DNA of 52,512 bases, taken from positions 1 through 52,512 of the forward strand of contig CAMBFX010000002.1 in the NCBI GenBank assembly GCA_945865695.1, in the 5' to 3' direction. The stretch's first letter is position 1; the number at the start of each line of letters is the position of its first letter. Under the pieces are notes generated by a model. The model saw nothing but the letters and a program-made list of their open reading frames with translations, was not told the origin of the DNA and searched no databases. The DNA is from Chryseobacterium gleum (GTDB taxonomy: Bacteria; Bacteroidota; Bacteroidia; Flavobacteriales_D; UBA2798). Of this stretch, positions 20,462 through 29,195 are shown piece by piece. Position numbers and translations under genes: made by a program.

Positions 20462-22450
20462 ATGAGAGTATTTTTTTCTATATTACTTTTTATACCGCTT
20501 TTTTTAAAAGCTCAAAACCGCACGGATATTGCCGAGGTATTTGCTTCTAATGATTTTGAAGGTAAACAATTAGTTCGTGTGAAGTGGCTTTATAATTCTG
20601 TTTATAATCCAAATGGTTTTGATATTTATCGAGGTGAAAATGGAAACTATACAAAATTGAATAGCAGTCCTATTTTACCAGTAAAAACTTTACCGGCAAA
20701 TCATAAACTGGATGATGAATCAAAAGATTTTCATAAAGTAGTGGTTACTTCAGATTTCAAATCTTTAAGTGAAAATATGACAAGGGTTTTTATTATTATA
20801 AAAGCCATTTATCAAGATGAATTAGCACTGAATATTGGTATGGCATTTAAGGATGAAACAGCTGTGTCTGGTAATGAATACACCTATAAAATATGTGTTT
20901 CAGGAACTACCAATGCCCTCGGAATTAGCAAACCCATTAAAGTAGGTGCTTATTCTAAAATGGCAGCACCAGAAGAAATTAAATTCAAAAGATTTAAAAA
21001 GAGAGTGGATTTTTCATGGAAGCCCGACCTGTATCGCTATTATGGCGTTTTCGTTTACCGCAAAACGGGTGATGAAACTACTTTCACTAAAATAAATAAA
21101 CTCCCACGTGCTATTCAAAAAGAACAAGCCGATAAATTTTCCGAAAAATCTGTTTTTTACCAAGACACCAATATCGTTTACAAAGAAAACTATATCTATA
21201 AATTTGCTGCAATCGATTATTTCGGGCAAGAAACTGAATTCTCTCCCGAATTTTCTGTTCCGGCAGAAGATTTCATTCCTCCATCAGCAGTTTTAGATTT
21301 AATTCCAACAGCCTCTTCAGTTAATGGGTATGTGAGGCTAGATTATCAATTAATTGATGAAATTGACTTAGTGGGTGTGAATATCTATGAAACGAATAAT
21401 CCAGATGGTGAATACAAAAAAATAAATACTCAACCTGTTCCCAAATCCCAATTGACCTATACACATCTTAATGCTTCAACAGGAAGTCACTACTATAAAG
21501 TGGCTACAATTGATTTAGCAGGCAATGAAAATTTAAGCGCTCCAGTATTTGTAGAAATAAAAGACGTAACTCCACCATCAAAACCAGTTGGATTAGTTTC
21601 TGAGAGTGGTGAAGGTTTTATTTCTTTAAAATGGAATGCTAATTCTGAAAAAGATTTAGATGGTTATTATATCCAAAGATCTTTAAAAAAGGAAAGTACA
21701 ATCAATGCTAGTTATGTTAACGTAAATGTAGCACCCATTAAAGAAACCAATTTTACAGAGCAATTACCAAAGAATGTAAGAAACGAATTCGTTTATCGTG
21801 TTGTAGCAATAGATACTAATTTTAATAGAAGTGCTCCTTCTGAAAATACGCTGGCTAAAATGCCTGATGTTACACCGCCATTGCAGCCGGTTATAAAAAA
21901 TGTAAAAGCAGATACAACGTCAACAGTAGTTACATGGCTAGCAAATGCAGATCTAGATTTAGCAGGATATAACCTTTACAGAAGATTAAAAGGAGATAGT
22001 TTATCGGTACAGAAAATTAATTTCAATATTATTCCTAAAACAATTACTAGCTACACCGATAGAGAAGTAAAATCAGGTACTGCTTATGAATACTTTATTG
22101 AAGCTATTGACGAAAGTAGTAATGCCTCTACAAAATCACCTGCTTTTTATTCGAAAACACTAGATGCCAAAAATGAGGGTTCCATTATAATTGAAGTTAA
22201 AAAGGTAAACGCCAAGAAGGGAACATTGAATTTAGAGTGGACAGCCAATACAAAACAAACGGTAAAAGGCTTCGTGGTTTATCGACAATTATCAGATAAG
22301 CTTCCGTTCAAACCATTAACTGGTTTAATAACTGAAAATAACACGAATATTTTAATTGGAGAAAATATTGAAGGTGTTTTTTATATCAAATGTTATACTG
22401 AAAATGGCAAAATTATTCAGTCGGATAACTTTAATTTAATATCAGAATAA
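20462..22450 (+). CDS. Secreted protein built from ~6 fibronectin type III-like modules
   Basis: ATG at 20462 gives signal peptide MRVFFSILLFIPLFLKA/Q; the track start at 20441 is a GTG inside the upstream gene. Modules are delimited by repeated P-P-x-x-P linkers and carry D(L/I)(D/V)GY..YR and Y.Y.V.A(I/V)D..(G/F)N.S signatures. Confidence 0.8.
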   Translation: MRVFFSILLFIPLFLKAQNRTDIAEVFASNDFEGKQLVRVKWLYNSVYNPNGFDIYRGENGNYTKLNSSPILPVKTLPANHKLDDESKDFHKVVVTSDFKSLSENMTRVFIIIKAIYQDELALNIGMAFKDETAVSGNEYTYKICVSGTTNALGISKPIKVGAYSKMAAPEEIKFKRFKKRVDFSWKPDLYRYYGVFVYRKTGDETTFTKINKLPRAIQKEQADKFSEKSVFYQDTNIVYKENYIYKFAAIDYFGQETEFSPEFSVPAEDFIPPSAVLDLIPTASSVNGYVRLDYQLIDEIDLVGVNIYETNNPDGEYKKINTQPVPKSQLTYTHLNASTGSHYYKVATIDLAGNENLSAPVFVEIKDVTPPSKPVGLVSESGEGFISLKWNANSEKDLDGYYIQRSLKKESTINASYVNVNVAPIKETNFTEQLPKNVRNEFVYRVVAIDTNFNRSAPSENTLAKMPDVTPPLQPVIKNVKADTTSTVVTWLANADLDLAGYNLYRRLKGDSLSVQKINFNIIPKTITSYTDREVKSGTAYEYFIEAIDESSNASTKSPAFYSKTLDAKNEGSIIIEVKKVNAKKGTLNLEWTANTKQTVKGFVVYRQLSDKLPFKPLTGLITENNTNILIGENIEGVFYIKCYTENGKIIQSDNFNLISE

Positions 22451-22452
22451 AT

Positions 22453-23553
22453 ATGAAAAAAATTATTTTTATGAGTTTTTCAATGTTGGTATTGGTGAAA
22501 ATCACCAATGCTCAAGTTGGAATTGGAAATGCAACGCCAAATCTAGGAAGTATTTTGGATTTGACTAATTCAAACGACAAGGCATTAATTCTGCCAACAT
22601 CAACGCCAATACCAACCTCTGTTGGAACATTTACTGTGTCAGGAATGATGATGTATTTTAACGATAAAATATTTCTGAAAACAAGCACTGGTGTTAACGT
22701 GCTTTCACCTTGGATTTATAGTGGTGTTCCCGCCAATGGAATCTTTAGTGAAGTAGGTTTACCTATTGGTATTGGCATTGCTCCTTTACTAAACTCTTCT
22801 GCTATTCTAACTATTGCTGATGCAACAAGTGAAGTTACTGTTACTACTTCTACGGCTTCTGTTGTTATAGGTGACAATGATTTTAATGCCACTCATATGT
22901 TAATCGACAAAGACGAATTGTTGGTCAAAACAAATGCAAATACAGTAGGTACTTTGAAATTGCAAGAAGCAAATGGAGGTACAGTCCAGGTTGGAGAAAA
23001 TTTAACTAATCAATCTAATCTAAATGTTTTCGGAAAAATTCAACAAAATGGAAGAGACTTAGTTCCTGTTGGATCTATTATGCTTTGGTATGGACTATTT
23101 GATACTGACTATCCCATAGTAGCAGGAGTTACAAATACTAATTGGCATATATGTGATGGAACAAATGGCACACCTAATTTATCAAATGCATTCGTTGTAG
23201 GAATTGATATGTCTACCACTGGTAATAGTGCACCTTTAACCAACAACGGCCAATCAATGCTTAAAACAATTGACATAGCTAATCTACCGGTTCATACACA
23301 TACAATCGATCATGGGCATGGTGTAACAGACTTACAGCATAGCCATACTACTCAAATGGGAGATAATGTTGGTAGTGGGCAACCTGATGATGCAACTGGA
23401 AGTAATGGAGGAAATGCTACTTCTAATGCATCTTCTTCAAATGTTACTGTGAATGATCTTGTCGGTGGAATATCTGGTTTTACTGGATTAGGAACGCAAT
23501 TGAATATTACCCCTGCAGCGAGTCGTTTAGCTTACATTATGAAAATAAATTAA
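22453..23553 (+). CDS. Secreted phage tail-collar domain protein (MdpB-like), paralog 1
   Basis: Signal peptide MKKIIFMSFSMLVLVKITNA/Q. The C-terminal half carries PVGSIMLWYG...WHICDG..GTPNLSNAFVVG...ANLPVHTHTIDHGHGVTDLQHSHT...LAYIMKI, which is the tail-collar / microcystin-dependent-protein pattern. Confidence 0.8.
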   Translation: MKKIIFMSFSMLVLVKITNAQVGIGNATPNLGSILDLTNSNDKALILPTSTPIPTSVGTFTVSGMMMYFNDKIFLKTSTGVNVLSPWIYSGVPANGIFSEVGLPIGIGIAPLLNSSAILTIADATSEVTVTTSTASVVIGDNDFNATHMLIDKDELLVKTNANTVGTLKLQEANGGTVQVGENLTNQSNLNVFGKIQQNGRDLVPVGSIMLWYGLFDTDYPIVAGVTNTNWHICDGTNGTPNLSNAFVVGIDMSTTGNSAPLTNNGQSMLKTIDIANLPVHTHTIDHGHGVTDLQHSHTTQMGDNVGSGQPDDATGSNGGNATSNASSSNVTVNDLVGGISGFTGLGTQLNITPAASRLAYIMKIN

Positions 23554-23621
23554 TAATAGCATTGAAATTTATGAAAAACAAATCATTCAATCATTTAAAT
23601 AGAGCCAAAATAAAAATCACA

Positions 23622-24752
23622 ATGATGAAAAAAACTATTTTAATTTCTACAGTTTTCATTGGTTTTGCATGTTTTGCAAATGCACAAGTGGGTATTGGAA
23701 ATGCTACTCCAAATCTAGGAAGTATTTTGGATCTTACTAATACAAATGATAAGGCATTAATTCTGCCAACATCAACAGTAATACCAACGTCTGTAGGAAC
23801 ATATACTGTTTCTGGAATGGTATTTTATTATAACGATAAATTATTTTTAAAAACAAGCACTGGTGTCAACGTACTTTCACCTTGGATTTATAGCGGTGTT
23901 CCCGCTAATGGAATTTATAGTGAAGTAGGTTTACCTATTGGTATTGGAATTGTACCATTAACCAACTCTACTGCTATTCTAACCATTGCTGACGCAACAG
24001 GCGAAGTTAGGGTTACAACCTCCACTGCTTCTGTTGTCATTGGCGATAATGATTTTAATGCTACTCATATGTTAATCGATAAAGACGAATTGTTGGTAAA
24101 AACAAATGCGACCACAGCAGGAACTTTGAAGTTGCAAGAAGATGGGGGAGATGTGGTAATTAGAAGTTCAACTGCAGATGCTGGTGTTACAACAATTCTT
24201 ACTGCGCATGGTTCAGTTGATGCAAAAGGTAAAATAAAAGAGAATGGTAATGATTTATTGCCCGTGGGCTCTATTATTATGTGGAATGGAACCACTGTGC
24301 CTGCAGGATGGGCATTGTGTGATGGCGGAACGTATAATCTTGATGCAGGCGGAACAATTGTAACTCCAAATTTAATGGATCGTTTTATTGTAGGAGCTGA
24401 TGCAACAAATGGTAATGGTGTTGCTGTGGGTACTTATGCTTATACAAATACAGGTGGAGCAACTTCTACTATTTTAAGTACTGCCAATTTACCTTCACAT
24501 GATCATACAATTAATCATGGGCATACTGTGACTGACCCAATGCATAGCCATACTCTTAACATGGGGGATGACAATGGATCTGGTGTGCCAGATGATGCAA
24601 CTGGAACTAATGGTGGAAGTTATACTACTGTTTCTGCCGCAACTGGCCTTACAGTAGATAATCATACAGGAAATTCGGGAAGTACAGGCTCAGGGACACC
24701 TTTTGAAAATCGTCCACCATATTTTGCATTAGCTTTTATCATGAAATTGTAA
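23622..24752 (+). CDS. Secreted phage tail-collar domain protein (MdpB-like), paralog 2
   Basis: By analogy with paralog 1, I prefer the start MMKKTILISTVFIGFACFANA/Q at 23622 over the TTG at 23562. Motifs: PVGSIIMWNGTTVPAGWALCDGG...TPNLMDRFIVGA...ANLPSHDHTINHGHTVTDPMHSHT...NRPPYFALAFIMKL. Confidence 0.8.
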   Translation: MMKKTILISTVFIGFACFANAQVGIGNATPNLGSILDLTNTNDKALILPTSTVIPTSVGTYTVSGMVFYYNDKLFLKTSTGVNVLSPWIYSGVPANGIYSEVGLPIGIGIVPLTNSTAILTIADATGEVRVTTSTASVVIGDNDFNATHMLIDKDELLVKTNATTAGTLKLQEDGGDVVIRSSTADAGVTTILTAHGSVDAKGKIKENGNDLLPVGSIIMWNGTTVPAGWALCDGGTYNLDAGGTIVTPNLMDRFIVGADATNGNGVAVGTYAYTNTGGATSTILSTANLPSHDHTINHGHTVTDPMHSHTLNMGDDNGSGVPDDATGTNGGSYTTVSAATGLTVDNHTGNSGSTGSGTPFENRPPYFALAFIMKL

Positions 24753-24802
24753 ATAGATTGAAATTGAAATTTGATTTTCTCACTCAAAAAAAAATTAATA
24801 GA

Positions 24803-27800
24803 ATGAAAAATTCTAATTGTAATACAGTAAAAACAAGACAACTTTCCTGCAGGAAACTGTTTCTTGGTATGCTGTTTTTGGTCTTGTCTTCATCAGTAAT
24901 GAATGCCCAACAACATGTGGTGCATACCGGAGAATTTATAACCATTAAACCATCAACGGATTTATATCTTTTTGGAGATTTTGATTCTAGAAGTACTGTG
25001 AATTCAGAGGTTCTTAATGAAGGTGTTTTTCATCTTCAAGGTAATTTGATTCACAATGGACAACAAAATTTATTTGGCGCCACGCCCAATACAGGAACCT
25101 TGCGATTCTTTGGTAATCCTGCAACAAACGCAACGATTACAGGTAATGCAGCTATAAATTTGAAAAATTTGACCATTGATCTTACTAGCAATATAACCGG
25201 TGGAGGAAATGTTTTATTGAGAAAAAACGGTGTAACTGCATTCGGGGATGTTAGTTTTACCAATGGTGGTTTTGAATTGGATACGTATGTTTTTAATTTA
25301 TTTCATGACGTATCGAGTATTTCTTCAGGTATAATTGCAGAAGCAAATGGAGCGAGACCTTATATCGGTGTATCTAATCCAATAGGTAAAATTTCTTTAC
25401 TCAATTATGCTTTTCCAAGTGGTAGCACTTATACCAATTTAAAAGGGATGGGTCTTAGTTTTACGCAAGATGATCCTTTGGGAGGAACTCCGGTGCTTCA
25501 TCGAACATTTGATACTTTAGATTGTGGTGATACGTATGGAAGTATTTTAAGAGCATTCCGAATAGAAGGCAATGCTAATCCCGCCCAGTTCTCTTCTACA
25601 AAAATAAAATTCCTAAACGGGTCCGAACTAGGAACTAATCCCAATGGAACCAATTTGAATGTTTTTGTGAGTGAAGATAATGGACAAGTTTGGCGCCCAA
25701 AAACAATAGATATAGGAACATCAACTCAGGTGAATAGCATAGGATCCACTGTATTTTCTACTTCTCCAAATTATACGGTTATTACAGCAGCTACACCTTG
25801 TGGTTCGGTTGTTCCTATCGAAATAAATCAAATCATTACAGGCGTTACTCCTAACGATACTTTATTTGATATTAACCAGGCTTATGCTTGTGATTTTGCA
25901 AATGTTTCTGCAAGATTGTATGCTGTAGGTGATGCCGGAGTTTATTTTGAATGGAGAAGTGACTTAAATAATTTTTATTCGGCTCAAACACCTCCCGGTT
26001 ATTTTGAAGCAACGGCTATAGGTAAATATTGGGTGAGAAGTACCAATATTCGCGGTTGTCGAGATTCCATGTCGATAGATGTTTATCTATCTTTACCTAG
26101 TAATTCAAATTTTACTACTAGTCCCTCTTCAGTATGTTTAGGTAGTTCTATTTCTTTTGCACCCAACACTACTGTAGCAGGTGCAACTTATAGTTGGGAT
26201 TTTGGTGATGGGAATACAGCTAATGCCACAAATACTTCTCATACGTATGCTGCTATTGGAGTTTATACGGTAACATTGAATGTAACCACCTTAGAAGGCT
26301 GTGTTGCCTCTTCAACTTCTTCCGTTACCATTAAAGATATTCCTAATCCTGATTTTATTGCTGGCTCTGCCTGTCCGGGTGCTGCCGTAAATTTTGATAA
26401 TAATAGTTCTGTTGTAGGTTTATTAGGTACAGTAGATTTGGATTGGAATTTTGGAGATGGAAATATAGGAAATTCACAGGGTAATCAAAATGGTTCTGGT
26501 GGAACAGGAGATGTTTCTCATGTATATGCAGCAGAAGGAACTTATTCGGTAACCTTAACTGCAACAGCAAATGGATGTACATCTGATCCATTTATAGCTA
26601 CCGTTACGGTTTATCCTGTTCCTACCACTTCTTTTACAATAAGCAATGCATGCGCTGGACAAAGTATCACCTTCACCAATTCATCTGATATTACAGATAA
26701 CTCCACCTTAACTTATGTTTGGGATTTCACTGGAGGAGGAGGACCAACTAGTAATACAACTAGTCCAGTTTATACCTATCCAGTTGCGGGAAATTACGCG
26801 GTTTCTTTAACGGCTACCAGTGTTAATGGATGTGTGACTACCATTAACCAACTCATCACGATTTATCAAAATCCTGTGGCAGCATTTTCTGTAACGAATG
26901 CTTGTGTAAATGATTCTGCTTCGTTCGCAGATATTACTCCAGAAATTGTTGGATCTACTCCTTATACTTATGCTTGGACATTTGGAGATGGTAATGTTGG
27001 ATCATTGCAAAACATATCGAATTTATATGCTGTGGCCGGCACTTATAATGTGGCAATGACCGTGACCACTGCTAATGGATGTGTTGGCTCCACAACCAAT
27101 AGTGTTACTATTTTTACAGGACCAAGCGTTTCGTTTTCTGCTTTGAGTGCTTGTGCAAATAGCCCTATAAATTTTATTAATACAACCTCCAATGCTACTT
27201 CTTATTTATGGAATTTTCCATCTTTAAGTTTAACCGCTACTTCACAAAATACCACTCAAACATTTCCTACAGATGGTACTTTCCCAGTGAATTTGACAGC
27301 AACATCTTCAAATGGTTGCCAAGGAACGTTCAATGGAAACATAACTGTTTTTGCGCTGCCTGTGGTTAATTTAGGATCTACCATTACCACTTGTGGAACC
27401 ACTTATACATTAGATGCAAATCCTGGAGGAGTAAATAATGGATGTAATTTTCAATGGGGAACAGGCGATATTACACCTCAATATGTTTGTACGTATGATG
27501 ATAATTTTAGTGTAACTGTTACCAGTGGAAACGGATGTGTTACTACAGATAACGTAGATGTAACTTTAAATGGAGTGGTTTTACCAACACTTGGACCGAA
27601 CGCTACATTTTGTGATATTGCAACATTAGATGCAGGATATCCAGGATCTACTTATACTTGGAGTACAACTGAAACGACACAGACCATTAATGTTACTGTT
27701 TCAGGAACTTATTCTGTAACAGTGATCGATCAAAACTCATGTACAGGTTCTAATTCAGTAACGATAACTATTGTTCCTGCTACGCCTGTTTCATTCGGTG

Positions 27801-29194
27801 CAGATATTACTGCTTGCTCTAACAATCCAGTAACATTGAATGCAGGTTTAGCATCTTCTTATTTATGGAGCGATGGATCTACCGGCTCTACATTATTAGT
27901 TCCGAGCTCAGGTTATTATTGGGTACAAAATACCAATGCAGGCGGATGTTCTTCCTCAGATACAGTTCAAGTGACCTATAATAATGCCCCAGTATTTACT
28001 TTAGGAGCTGACGCTACAGCATGTGATGCATTATTGTTGAATGAGTTTTTACCCAATAGCACTTATTTATGGAATGCATCTGCAACAACGCCTTCGTTTA
28101 ACGTTACCTCTTCGGGGACGTACACTTTAACGATTACGTCAACTTTAAATGGCTGTTCAGAAACTGATGCGATAATTGTTACTATCAATGATCTTCCAAT
28201 TGTAAACTTAGGAAATGATACTTCATTATGTAGCTATGCAACTGGAGTTATTGATGCTGGAAATACAGGTTCAACTTTTCAATGGAATAGTGGACAAACC
28301 ACTCAAACTATTTCAGTAGCTGCCACAGGAAATTATTTGGTTACTGTTACGGATGTTAATGGTTGCACCTCTTCTGATAATTTAAATGTTACCATGCTTC
28401 CATTGTTTTCAATTGAGTTAGGGCCCGACAAACAATTTTGTAATGGTTCAAGTATTTTATTAGATGCAGGATTAACCACCATAGGTAATACATATGTTTG
28501 GGAGGATGAAACAGGAATAATTGGAACCAACGCAACCTACTCTGTATTGGATACCGGTATGCATTACCTAACGGTTACAGACGCAAATACTTGCATTGCC
28601 GAAGATTCTGTGAATATTACCCCTTCTAATATTTCATTGTTTGCATTTTTCCTTGCAGATTCAGATATCATTCAGGGAGACGCTGTAGTATTCGTGAATT
28701 TATCTTATCCTCGTCCTTATACGTCACAGTGGTATATTGATAATACATTCATCACCAATGATTCAATGCCAACCTTCACATTCAATCAACCGGTAACGCC
28801 TCCATCAGATACCATTTATGTTAAACTAAAAGTGGATAATGTTTTTTGTCAATCAGAAATTACCAAACCAATTGTATTGAATTCTGCTTTTCAACCAACA
28901 CCTGGAACAGAAACTACTCCGGTTGATAATGGTTTATTTACAAGCATTAGAAATTCGAATCTATATCCAAATCCAAATAATGGAGTATTTAATTTCTACA
29001 TTGATTTAACTCAGGAATCACCTGCAGAAATATCAGTTTTTACAGTAACCGGCGCAATGGTTTACTCAGAGAAAAGAACCTTGTCTACAAATCTTCTAGC
29101 GTATGATTTCAGTCACCTTGAGAGAGGAATTTATTTCTTACGAGTAGGAATTTATAATGAATACAGAACGCACAAGTTTATAATTATTAGATAA
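24803..29194 (+). CDS. Large T9SS type-A cargo: unknown N-terminal domain, 5 PKD domains, 6 Cys-containing ~70-aa modules, type-A CTD
   Basis: The ATG at 24803 is preferred over the TTG at 24758; signal peptide ...LFLGMLFLVLSSSVMNA/Q. PKD signature W(D/N)FGDG...H.Y...G.Y.V.L appears 5 times. The C-terminus NLYPNPNNGVFNFYIDL...GIYFLRVGI...FIIIR is a Por-secretion type-A CTD. Confidence 0.85.
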   Translation: MKNSNCNTVKTRQLSCRKLFLGMLFLVLSSSVMNAQQHVVHTGEFITIKPSTDLYLFGDFDSRSTVNSEVLNEGVFHLQGNLIHNGQQNLFGATPNTGTLRFFGNPATNATITGNAAINLKNLTIDLTSNITGGGNVLLRKNGVTAFGDVSFTNGGFELDTYVFNLFHDVSSISSGIIAEANGARPYIGVSNPIGKISLLNYAFPSGSTYTNLKGMGLSFTQDDPLGGTPVLHRTFDTLDCGDTYGSILRAFRIEGNANPAQFSSTKIKFLNGSELGTNPNGTNLNVFVSEDNGQVWRPKTIDIGTSTQVNSIGSTVFSTSPNYTVITAATPCGSVVPIEINQIITGVTPNDTLFDINQAYACDFANVSARLYAVGDAGVYFEWRSDLNNFYSAQTPPGYFEATAIGKYWVRSTNIRGCRDSMSIDVYLSLPSNSNFTTSPSSVCLGSSISFAPNTTVAGATYSWDFGDGNTANATNTSHTYAAIGVYTVTLNVTTLEGCVASSTSSVTIKDIPNPDFIAGSACPGAAVNFDNNSSVVGLLGTVDLDWNFGDGNIGNSQGNQNGSGGTGDVSHVYAAEGTYSVTLTATANGCTSDPFIATVTVYPVPTTSFTISNACAGQSITFTNSSDITDNSTLTYVWDFTGGGGPTSNTTSPVYTYPVAGNYAVSLTATSVNGCVTTINQLITIYQNPVAAFSVTNACVNDSASFADITPEIVGSTPYTYAWTFGDGNVGSLQNISNLYAVAGTYNVAMTVTTANGCVGSTTNSVTIFTGPSVSFSALSACANSPINFINTTSNATSYLWNFPSLSLTATSQNTTQTFPTDGTFPVNLTATSSNGCQGTFNGNITVFALPVVNLGSTITTCGTTYTLDANPGGVNNGCNFQWGTGDITPQYVCTYDDNFSVTVTSGNGCVTTDNVDVTLNGVVLPTLGPNATFCDIATLDAGYPGSTYTWSTTETTQTINVTVSGTYSVTVIDQNSCTGSNSVTITIVPATPVSFGADITACSNNPVTLNAGLASSYLWSDGSTGSTLLVPSSGYYWVQNTNAGGCSSSDTVQVTYNNAPVFTLGADATACDALLLNEFLPNSTYLWNASATTPSFNVTSSGTYTLTITSTLNGCSETDAIIVTINDLPIVNLGNDTSLCSYATGVIDAGNTGSTFQWNSGQTTQTISVAATGNYLVTVTDVNGCTSSDNLNVTMLPLFSIELGPDKQFCNGSSILLDAGLTTIGNTYVWEDETGIIGTNATYSVLDTGMHYLTVTDANTCIAEDSVNITPSNISLFAFFLADSDIIQGDAVVFVNLSYPRPYTSQWYIDNTFITNDSMPTFTFNQPVTPPSDTIYVKLKVDNVFCQSEITKPIVLNSAFQPTPGTETTPVDNGLFTSIRNSNLYPNPNNGVFNFYIDLTQESPAEISVFTVTGAMVYSEKRTLSTNLLAYDFSHLERGIYFLRVGIYNEYRTHKFIIIR

Positions 29195-29195
29195 A

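Noticed and set aside
22453-24752. Possibility that the tail-collar genes mark a prophage, tailocin or contractile injection system.
   Set aside because: No sheath, tube, baseplate (gp6/gp25/gp27-like), tape-measure, capsid, terminase, integrase or lysis genes occur anywhere in the 52.5-kb window. Both proteins carry Sec signal peptides and sit inside a T9SS-type operon.
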